64,000 nt of DNA from the NCBI GenBank assembly GCA_036785375.1, contig JAWMAR010000023.1:11284001-11348000 (forward strand), given 5' to 3'. This DNA is from Leucoraja ocellata (taxonomy: Eukaryota). The stretch's first letter is position 1. Each line of letters begins with the position of its first letter. The position numbers were made by a program, and so were the translations under genes. Of the stretch, positions 24,101 through 36,100 are shown piece by piece. The notes beneath the pieces were generated by a model. It made no database searches. It was given only the letters and a program-made list of their open reading frames with translations, and was not told the DNA's origin.

Positions 24101-27100
24101 AGATCGAGAAGTTATTTTTAGAAAAAGCACAATTAAGACTAAAGTTCTTATGATCTAAATTAACAAGACATGAGGAACATCAGGCTGGGCACCAGTGATA
24201 CAATCAATCAATCACAGTACAAGATCTAAACAAATTACATAGATACGGCACGGTAGCGCAGTGGTAGAGTTGCCGTCTTACAGCGCCAGAGACCCGGATT
24301 CGATCCCGACTACGGGTGCTGTCTGTACGGAGTTTGTACGTTCTACCTGTGACTGCGTGGGTTTTCTCCGAGACCTTCGGTTTCCTCCCACAATCCAAAG
24401 ACGTGCAGGTATGTAGGTTAATTGGCTTGGTAAATGTAAAAATTGTCCCTAGTGTGTGTAGGATAGTATTAATGTGCGGGGATCGCTGGTCGGCACGGAA
24501 CCTGTGGGCCGAAGGGCCTGTTTCTGCGCTGTATCTCGAAACTAAACTAATAAATTGTAGAATTGTTCATTCTCTGGGCTTAATGGGCACGCTACCTTCT
24601 AAGTGAACAGGGCAAACATCACACTGTCAGTTCACTGAGAACAAGCTCGAATAAATAAAATTCCTGGCATTCTTAGTTCTTCCATACTCTGCTGTATCTC
24701 TAAATCTTGATAATCCTTAAAACATTTTCACGAGTTTAAGCAAGACACAAGGGTGATTAGTTTTAACATGGCAAGATCTAGCATTAGACTTATGAAAATA
24801 GTCAGGGAATTGGTCTGTTGTAACAACTTGTCCCAAATACAGATGGATCTCGTATCATCAAAGATAGACACAAAAAGCTGGAGTAACACAGCGGGACAGG
24901 CAGCATCTCTGCAGAGAAGGAATGGGTGATGCTTCAGAAGAAGGATCTGAAGAAGGGTCAGGACCCGAAACGAGACCCTTTCCTTCTCTCCAGAGATGCT
25001 GCCTGTCCCGCTGAGTTACTCCAGCATTTTGCGTCTATCTTCGATTTAAACCAGCGTCTGCAGTTCCTTCCTACACAGATCTCATATCATCAGCTGGGTA
25101 AAGGGCCTGTCCCACTTCACGACCTAATTCACGACCTTTTTGACTCGTGGACTTGATGCCACGAGTACCTACGACTAGCATCACGGCCTGCTACGACCGC
25201 GTGACGGCCATGCAGCGAGTATGAGACAAGGGCAAACTCGGCAGAGGTCGTGAAAGTGGGACATGCCCTTAAACTTACAAAGACTTGCCCTTAAACTTAC
25301 AAAGACTTCATTTGAATACTAGAGTAGTTTGATGGCAGGAGCAACCCACTTAGAATGTCAAAAGTCTATTTCAAGAGAGAGAGAGAGTCAATTTAATTGT
25401 CGTTTGGACCTCCAGGGGTCCAAATGACAATTAAATTGACTCTCTCTCTCTTGAAATAGACTTTTGACATTCTAAGTGGGTTGCTCCTGCCATCAAACTA
25501 CTCTAGTATTCAAATGAAGTCTTTGTTAAATGGGAAACAATGTAATGGGAAATGAGAAACGTATTCAAATCAGTCTTAATCGTATTAATCAGTCGTTGTT
25601 ATTGACATTGCAGGTAATTCGCATCATAGCAAGAAAAGACAACAAAAATCAAATACCTTCAGGTCTAACTTTGTGTTGACTGGTTCCTGGCCTGCATTAT
25701 ATGGAGCACCAGCTTCATCAGGTTGCATCTGAGGTTGAGGCTCCTCCACTGGAGGTTTCAAGCCATGGTTGTTGGCTGTTGATCCAATCCCAAAAAAATC
25801 CAAGATCATTACCCAGGTCTGAAGTGTAATCAGCACATCCAAGCAGTTAAAATCTACATCCACATTCCTGTTCACTTTACTGTAACGTGTAGAAAATTCA
25901 GGGTGCTTCCTATCTACCAGAAAAATATTAATATGTACTAATGAATCGTCAAAGTTAGTTCTGGTGCAGTACACCTTGGAGGTTTTCAGTATTGGGGATG
26001 GTGGAGGGGTCAGAAGACGTTCTGCATCTTGATCTTCCTTATGTTTTCTGCGTGTAGATGACGGCCTTTGGTAAAACTGGAAGACATTTTGTGCTTCTTC
26101 CATGTGAGCTGGCAGGGATCTTGGCATATCAGGATACTCCACATTGGAGATAGAAGGGCAAGACTGGGACAAATATTCCTTTTGATTGAAACTGGAAGCT
26201 TTTGGTGCTCCCCTCGACACCATTAAATGCTTGTACTTGGAGTCTGTTTTTTTCTCCAGCAAATCTTCCATTAGCAGTGACCGTAGAGCTACCTGAATAG
26301 ACAGAGTACAAGGCTGGTCTTTACTGAACTCAACTTCAAAGTCTTTAAACTTTAAACTAACCAAACCTTGTGCTTCCAAAGCAAGATCACCGCACAATTG
26401 AACCTGTAACTCAGAAATGCAGAAATTAGCCTGTATTTGAGTGAATGATTTTGACTCTGGAATCGGAAAGGAATCGACTGGAGTAGATGGATAGCTCATT
26501 CGACCGAAAAGTCCGCTCTCTTTCCATTCTCGTTGAAGATCGGCGATCTTCTGACTTCTCAATGGTGAAGAGACATGATGGGGGTCGGGCACGCCATCAG
26601 TTGAACCATGCGAGATATTGCCAAGATCGTCACTGTATGTTAGGTTATCCAATGTCTGCAAGACTTGCTCATAAACATGCTTTGCTAACATTACCTGCAG
26701 GATAAGGAAACAAGTTATTCCATCCATCTTGGTACAACAAGCATAGAGTGTATGTAAACACTCCTAACCAATTATGAGAATGGCAGGAACTTATGACAAA
26801 CAGCTGTCTATTAACCCTATCTTTTTCACTCTAAGAGATGCCACCTAACTTGCTCAATCTTTCCAATACTTTCAAATTTATTTATGAGGTTTTATAGATC
26901 CACACCTTAGAAGTTCAGTTTGATAGCCATAGATAGAAAAACAAATAGAGTCATGGGCTTTACAAATTGATGCAGGAAGTAAAAGAGCAAGAAGTCATGA
27001 TGAACATTATAGAACGTTGGTTCAGCCATAATTGGTGCATTGTACTGAGTTCTAAGTTTAAAAGAAGACACAGAAAAGATTTAGCAATGTGATTCCAGGG

Positions 27101-30100
27101 ATGTTGGACTTAAGTGTAAATGTTAGACAAGAGACAAGACAAGAGACATTTATTGTCACATGCACCAATTGGTCCAGTGAAATTTGTTAGAATTGATAGC
27201 AGAACAGGTTGTCTGGGGATCATATAAATATTTAAAATATTAACAGTATCGATATTGAGACATGGTTATCATTGACAGAGGGGTCAAGAACTAGTGGTGC
27301 AGAATAGAAATGACTGGCAAAAGAACCAAAATAAATGTGAGATAAACATGTTTATGCAGCAATGACTAAATTCTGGGTAGTTGTGGAGGCGGCGGCACAT
27401 TCAATAGTAGCATTCAAAAGGTATCTGAAAGGGAAGATTTTGCATGGATATGGGCAGAGGAAGCAGAGGGATAACAGAATTGCTCTTAGAAAGGGCTGGT
27501 ACTTTTTTTATTGGGTTGAATGTCCTCTTTATGTGCTGTAACTATCCTGTGATTTATATTTTCGGTCAATCCTTGACAACAGTAAGATCAACCATCAGTC
27601 TGAAAAAGGGACACGACCCGAAACATCGCCCATTTCTTCTGTCTAGAGATGCTGCCGCACCCACTGAGTTACTCCAGCATTTTGTGTTTACCTTCAGTAA
27701 GATCAACCAGGTATTAAACCTCAACAACAATTCTTTTCTTATTTCTATCCATTTGTCTATCATAAGTTTAGGCAAGAGTATACGAAACACATATTGTATC
27801 AAATTTACACTACTTGTGCTATCATTAATACAATGCAGAACTAAACTTTCAAATTATTAAATATTTGCCTGAACATAAGATGCAACAAACATTTAAAGGA
27901 ATAACTGGTAACAGTATTTTTTAGAGAATTTCAGACTAAATATAAAAGTCTTATGGATTGAGGAACAGTGACAGAGTCACATTATAAATCAATGGAACCT
28001 CTAATTACAAAGGATCAGAAAAAGTTTATTCAGTACAATCTTGTGAATGGTAAACTGCAGACAATACAGAAAAGTATTCACAACTACAACCTGCGATGGC
28101 ACGATCAATCTTTTACCTTCAAAGGATTGACAAATTTCCCCTCGATCTTCATTTTACTGGTGGTCTCAAAGGAATCCGAAAAGTTAACAGCTGGAAAGGA
28201 TGACCCGGGATCTGTCTCAACTGGGATTTTCTCTAGAACAAACTGGATTGTGGTGTCGTTCAAGATATGAAAGGCTGGAGAAAATAATATTAAAATATAT
28301 GATTATACAACTTCTGCCAAGTTTAGTTTTAGTTTTAGAGATACAGCGTGGAAACAGGCCCTTACGCCCACCGAGTCCGCATCAACCAACCATTAACACT
28401 ATCCTACACAAGGGACAATTTTTATATTAATACCAAGCCAATTAACCTACAAACCTGCACGTCTTTGGAGCGTGGGAGGAAACTGAAGATTTCAGAGAAA
28501 ACCCACAGTCATGGGAAAAACGCACAAACTCTGTACAGGCAGCACTTGTAGTCGGGACCGAACCCAGGTCTCAGACGCTGTAAGCACTGCAAGGCAGTAA
28601 CTCTACCGCTGCGCCACCTTGCCGCCCGTGGTGTTTAACTAATTTTTGTTCATTGGAGACACAAGAGATGGCAGATACTGGAATCCTGAGCAAAAAAACA
28701 AACTGCTAGTGGAACTCAGCAGGTCAGGCAGCATCTATGGAGGGAAATGGACAGATGACATTTCATCAGTCTGAAGAAGGGTTCTGAACAGAAACATCAT
28801 CTGCCCACTTCCCTCCACGGGGCTACTCGACTCATTGAGTTCCTCCAGCAGTTTGTTAAATTTAGTTAAGCATTGATTAGAATCCATCACTAATCCTTAA
28901 GTATTTCGCTTTAAAGGCAAATCTAAAAGTTCTTCCCAAATTTATCTGGATGGCAGATGGTCTGCAGTTAACTGAACCAAGCAGCCATTTTTCACTTGTA
29001 ACTGGCTGGAAGGAGGACATGAGGCCGGGGCAGATCAGTCATGGTCGTAGTGAATGGCAAGGCAGAGGAGGCTTGAGTGGCCAAGTGACCCACACCTGCT
29101 TCTATTTCCTTCAAGTACAGACAGCAATTTAAAGCCGAATAGACCACACCAAGTTAACCCTCTGTTCTCATCTACCATTCACATGTAACACAAGCCAAGA
29201 ATTATACCTGGCATCTTTTTCAGCTGGACAATTCACTTATACTCTTGGCAGTATATTGGTCCTCCGAGCCATGTAGATTTTTTTTAGTTTAGTTTAGAGA
29301 TACAGCGCGGAAACAGGCCCTTCGGCCCAATGGGTCTGCACCAACCAGCGATTCCCGCACATTAACACTATCTTACACCCACTAGGGACAATTGTTACAT
29401 TTACCAAGCCAATTAACCTATAAACCTGTGATTATTCATTTGTGATTCATTGTGATTAATCTGTGACTATTCATTTAAAAACAGGGACTTTGAACCGACC
29501 TTGACCATTGTGTATGGAATCAAAGAAATCCTGCCGTGTGAAATGCATTTCTTCCTGACTGGAGGTGCTGGCACCACCAGATGCCGATCGAGGAGATTCG
29601 CTGGCATCTGTCTTGGAACCACGCATGCTGTTATTGAGAGAGTACATTTTAATATCTTTAATTTCCACTTGCAGCCGGTCTCTCCCTGAATCATCTTCAC
29701 CGGTTACAAAGTTCTGGATTGACGTCCTGCCCAAGTGTCCAACCAACAGCTCACAGCTTCCTGGTTTCCGTGGGATTGCCACCACAGGTGACTCGATGTT
29801 GATGTTCAAGACTAATTTTACTGGGTTCTGTTCGGGAGCTTCCATCCCAGCAGCCACATCGTCATCAAGTTCAAACATATCCCTCGTCTTCCGTGGCTTT
29901 TCAAAAAGTAACACCATCTCGCTGTACTCGGCAGTTTTGTTTACCAAGACGGTGGAGACTTTGGAAGCTGCAGTCTTCAGCATATTTTGGAAGTTATCCT
30001 CAAGTTCATCCATGGATAAGGCGAGTTCCTTAAGGAATTTGGGCGAATGGTTATAATGTAAAGATGCCATGTGCAGACTCAATTTAAACTCTTCCTTTGA

Positions 30101-33100
30101 ATGTTCTATAAACTTAAAGCTCAGAGCTTCACTATGATTCATCTCAGTTTCAGACCTCATGAAGACAGACTGAAAGAATCCAAAGTCACTTATTGTTTCA
30201 TATGCATCTGTATTTCCAATGCTCACTACAAAATGGTTCTTCACTTCATCTTGGGTCAAATCCACTAGCTGAAGGCAACCGAGGGATCCATTCATTTCAA
30301 ACCGACTCCCCATGGAAACGTTTACCTTTGTGCCATTGATACTGGCTGTAGCAATTTTTCTCCCCAGTTTCTCTCCACTTGTTAGCTCGACAGTCCGAAG
30401 CAGTAGCACATTCAGCCGATGGATTTCGACTGCCACTTGTGTATTTTGATCATAGGTGGACTGAATCGACTCTCTATCCTCAAAACTCATGGCTGGATCC
30501 GTAAGAGGAGTCTCTGGACTTGTATCTTCTTTGGCCTTTGGAAAGGACTTCTGCAGAAAACCGATAAGTTCAACCATTGTTTCTGGATTCAGGATGATGT
30601 CCAAATTGTTGACCTGCAATGACATGATTCGTAAAGAGCTGTCCAAGTTCATAGAAGGACAATCGGAGCTCACAAACTGATATTCCAGTTTAATCAGAAC
30701 AGTAGACGATGGAGGCACTTGTTCACCCAATACTAATGAGTTGCTCAGTGTGATTTTATTTTCATCATGTGAGGTTCCACTATTGGCCAGTGGAGTAACA
30801 GAGGGATGAGGAGAGACAGGAGATTGTGCTCCACTGTCACGGAGACTGCCTGTGGGAATGTCAAAACTCAAATTTTTGTGAGATGCCATCAGCAAGTCAA
30901 AGTCGGAACCGTATGTCTGGACCGTGTCCACCAAGAGCAAGCCATGTACAGTCAGTGTCACCTCGCTGTCATAAGGCCTCTTCACAAAGTTGGAATTAAT
31001 GCCAAACACCTTCAGCACAGATATGTATCGCCCACAACTCTCCACTCCCAACTGCATGTAATTAACTTTGAACTCTGCTATAAGCAGCTTGGACTCAACC
31101 AGGACCTCACGGGTGTGCTGCTCGAGTGACATCACACTCTGCGTCAGACTCATCTTGGAATCCAGTAGCTTGCCCCGGCTATCCACTTTGTTGAAGATTT
31201 TTTCTCGCCGCAAAGACTGCTGCTCACCTGATTTCTGCTGCTTCTCAGCTGTTATCCTCAGCAGAAAATTTCGCAAGGCCACTATCTTATCCTCATTGAC
31301 ATGTATTTTAAGCTCAGGCAGAGTGCCACAAAGCATGACTCCAGGCCGATTTGGGTCAGAGGTATACATTAACCGCCGTTCTAATTGTAATAGCACATTG
31401 AATCTCTCGACAACATGTGTTGGCCCAACCTCACTGTCCTGAGCATGCTTCCAGTTGTCCATTACTCTCCCCACCATGATCTGCATGTCCATGAAGGACA
31501 GCGAGTATTTCTCATAAAGCTTGTTGTTGACAAAGTGTTGTTGCAACTGCTCCTCAGTAAATCCAAAACCTAGGGATTCAGTGGACTTTGTCCCAGGGTC
31601 GGAGCTGAGCTCTGACGGTGGCGTGTTGGGTGGTGTGGCCAGTGGTGTCTTGTATTCATCATCGCTCAGTTCCTCTTCTTGGACAGAAAGCCTGGCGCTG
31701 GCTCTGCTTTTGGGTTCATCTGTAAATATAAAGAGCATAGATGAGGATGACGCATATCTCATTGTAAAGTGACGGTTGTTTTCAAGACAATGAGTTACCA
31801 GTGATTGTATATTTACATGCAAAACTTCGCTTTCTTCTTGTCAAATTCCACAATGCATATACACTAACAACTATAACTAGCACTGCTGAAACACTGTCTA
31901 TCGATTGTATAATCTGCTTCATCCATATATTGGGAGGTCCAATAAAAGTCTGCATTTTATCACAATTTTCTACAATGATTAGCTTTGTTTCCCTCAGAGC
32001 TCAAACAGTAAAGATATAATTCCATTTGGAACAATAGATGGGATCAATTAAGTTTTCCACAACTGCAAATGTACAATAAAGAAAGACGAAACATCTTAAT
32101 AAAACTAGATTGTTGACATATCCTAAATAAAGCTCCACATGCACAACAAAAGGTCAACACTTTGGGCATCATCTTTAATAAAGCAATTCTGATTTTAAAA
32201 AATGTTATTAAATACATTGATCTACGCAATTACCTCGAAAATTTGTCAGCAGAATTCGACCCAGATCCACAACTACCAACAAAGAATCTGGAGATTTAAA
32301 GTCATCTGGAAAAATCACTTGAGGAGCGGAAATATCTAACTTCATCATCCAGCGTTTGTCGTTTTCCTGGTGAAATAAAAAGGGCATTTTCAGTTTTTTT
32401 GTTGTTTTAGTTTTAGAGATACAGAGCGGAAACAGGCCCTTCGGCCCGCCGAGTCCACATCGACCCCCGCACATTAACACGATCCTACACATACACTCGG
32501 GACAATTTACACCTACACCAAGCCAATTAACCTACAACCCTGTACGTCTTTGGAGAGTGGGAAGAAACCGAAGATCTCGGAGAAAACCCATGCAGTCACG
32601 GGGAGAACGTACAAACTCTGTATAGACATTGTCCTTAGTCGGCATCGAACTCGGGTCTCTGGTGCTGCAAGCGCTGTATGGCAGCAACTCTACCGCAGCG
32701 CCACTGTGCCGTCCCCAGTTCTTCAGCAATCACAGTTAATAATTTAATACTCAAATTCTCCTGCAGCAGATTTAGTGTTGCCAATAACCAGATCATAGAA
32801 TTATGAATATTTATTAAATAAAACATTGTCATTCGGTACATTTGTTCATGCCATGCAATAAAGAGGTATTGTGACTAATTCAGCTTGGACCAGTGTTGTA
32901 GGTTATGGCACATTTAAGTAGGTTATGGCTCATCCTGGTTCTGTAGAAAGTATGAGGGATTCTTCTTCCATCCACCTCTCCAGCAATGAGGCCTAAAACT
33001 TGCTTTAAAATTATTTTCCCTAACTTCCATGAATTATTTTGTCTATTATGGCACAGGGTGCAGCTGATATAGCTGCTGTCTCAACACCAGAGACCAGAGT

Positions 33101-36100
33101 TTGATCCTGACCTCAAGAGTTGGCTTGATTTAAAGGACCATCTGATGGGGCAATATCCCCAGTGATGGAAGGTCATTTCAGGATTTAGTGCTGAAATCTC
33201 CACACTGGCTCTTGAATCTACAATTGAAATACAGCTGAGATTCAGGATAACAAAGGAAATTTAAACGTTGCCATCAATGGCGTGCATTTTCATCCATTCA
33301 TACAGATTACGAATTCTGAATCCCCATTTACACAGATGAAGCTGTCTGCGAGGTGCGCAAAATCATAAAATGTAACCCATGATCTCGTCACACTGAGTCG
33401 GATAAGAATTTATAGTGAAATTTATTTGCTGTTCAGATGCGGCAATGATCCAACTAATCATTTATCCAACACATTTCCGCTTAGAATTAATTAATTACAT
33501 TTCAGAAAATCACATGATCATGCTCAACCATGAAATGCATTTATCAGACTTACAATGAATTCTCCCACCAGTAGCTGATCAATAGTTTGCCTGATTTCAG
33601 CCTTGGTTTGCATCTTGAGCTTATTGTATTGCTTTCTGGCAGCATCTGCCACACGTAACTCTAGTTCTGATTGGTAACCAAAGCCTAGGAAAAAGGAGAA
33701 AAGAAAAACACAATCTTTCACAAAGAGTAGCTGAAGGCATTTGAGTTTTAGTTCCTACACATTAAACTAAAATTATTAGTCAAGTCAAGTCACTTTTATT
33801 TCTATAGCACATTTAAAAAACAACTCTCGTTGACCAAAGTGCTTTACATTGGTGGAGGTACTAATGTTATACAACAGTGGTTCATAGATTACTTACATAA
33901 ATACATACATATAGCCCTCCCTCAGAGGACGTCAAGAAAGGCTTGAAAGTAAAGATGAGTTTTAAGTCTCGACTTAAAAGAGGCGATGGAGGGGGCAGTT
34001 CTGATGGGAAGAGGGATGCTGTTCCAACCGCAAAGGCGCAGCCGCCCCTGAGCTTATGCCTAGACCGCGGGGATGTTCAGTAATCCCAAGGTATTAGAAC
34101 TATATTGCTTTGATTTGTAAGTACAAAAGAAAAAATGTGTATTCATTTATCACAAATTAACCTAATTTGGGAATTCTCAGATAATCTTGTCCTTCAAGGT
34201 TATTTAAACTACCTATTTGCTGGCTTACTGCAGATAGTGGAAGAATGTGGTTTATATCCCAGGTTCTCCAGTTTGATATGGTCAAATCAACTCCCTTATT
34301 CTGAAGCAATAGTGGCATCTAGCGTAGGTGCAAGATGATTGCTCTTTCAAGACCCAATTACAAAACTATAATTTTCTGAACAGTATCAGAGTCCTCCTCT
34401 TCCAGGAGGGATACTCACTACTCATTGCTAACTGCTATGGTTTTTAAATAGGCCAACTCCTACCTATCACATCTCTATTTAGGAAGGAACTGCAGATGCT
34501 GGTTAAAACCGAAGATAAGCACAAAATACTGGAGTAACTCAGCAGGACAGGCAGCATCCCTGGAGAGAAGGAATGGGCGACGCTTCGGGTCCAGACTGAA
34601 GAAGGGTCGCGACCTGAAACGCCACCCAATCCTTCTCTCCAGAGATGTTGCCTGTCCCGCTGAGTTACTCCAGCATTTTGTCTTTCATATCTCCTTGCCA
34701 GGGAACATCAGTCAAAATACAGTACCCAGGCTATGACAGTATAGTGGCATTCAGCTCTGTTGCTGATGGGACCAGACTCTGTTACATGAGTGTTAATGCT
34801 CACACATAGATCAGTACATGTGCAGGTCCCACCTGGCACAAGCATAGACATGCATATGTTCAGGCTCAAGCACAAGAATCCTTTTCCATTACCCTCCCTC
34901 CTCACTTCTCAAACCCTTTGTCATCCTTCTCACCCCCGCAACTAACCACATTCCAGCTCTCGATTATCACCCACATACCTAAATCCATTTCTCGTCCCTA
35001 TGGCCACACACTTAGCCCATGTTCCCAACACCAGTTCCACGTATCCCACATTTCCAAAGGATACTTTAAGATGCAAGACAACAAATGATGACTTTTAAAA
35101 TTACTGACCAGATGTGTGCACTTTGCCCTTGTAGAAAAAATCAGCAACTTTCTTGATAACCAGAGGGTTATAGATGATGTTGAGGGGTCGAGTGCTGACT
35201 TCTAATCTTCTCTCATAGTTACTCCAAACTGGATTTTTCTCATAGATCATTTCAAATACAGGTGGCAACTTACTGGGAGAGCAAAGAGCTGTAAGTATAA
35301 TGAACAAAATGAGGTCAATTTAAAGTAGTTATCCCTTTGGTAATATGCCTCTCACAATTTTCCTCTAGCATTATTGCTTTCTCATCCTCGAATTTGAGTA
35401 CAAAATTACATATTCTTCTTGAACAGCAAGACACAGCATTCTGAAGTCAAAAGAAACTGCAGATACAGGGAACCGGAACAAAAAACAGAAGGATGGAAGA
35501 ACTCAGTGGATCAAGCAGTGAATGGAGGCAAAAGGTGTAAGCCAATGTTTCCGGTCAATAAGTGTGAGATAAGGGGATTAGGTCGCATATGCAGCAGACA
35601 AATCGGAAGACATTGTCTTTTCACCTCTGGCCTTTGACCATCCATCTGTCAATCAAGGCCCCCCCTTCCCCCTCACCTGTATCCATCTATCACTTGTAAA
35701 ACTTTATCCTGAACCTCTCCTCTCTCGGTCTGAAGAAGGGTCCCGACCCAAAACGCCATCTATCCATGTTTCCCAGAGATGCTGCCAGACCTGCTGAGTT
35801 GCTCCAGCACTTTTATTGTAAATCAGCGCCTCCAGTTCCTTGTGTCTACAGTGGAGGGGGTGGAGATCAACCTTTGCCTCTCCTGCATGGTCTGTTTAGG
35901 TAGCATATGCAGGCTGCACGACGTGCAGGTGATTTGCTATACCCCCAATTGGTTTTGCAGCCTCTACATCAATGTGGATTCCCAGTACACCATCCATACA
36001 TAATCCATTAAAAAAAGAACAGTAACACTTTAAAATTTCCAGTTTAAATGAATATACTTTACAATCAAAATCCTATTATTTATTTTCCTCTTTGATTTTC

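Noticed and set aside
24247-24320. tRNA gene
   Set aside because: tRNA-derived head of a V-SINE, continuous with the SINE core and tail; the same applies to the other copies.
29471-31822. 783-aa ORF (and the 367-aa ORF at 25624-26727) as stand-alone genes
   Set aside because: They are large internal VPS13D exons with in-phase splice sites; the ORF ends are intronic read-through.
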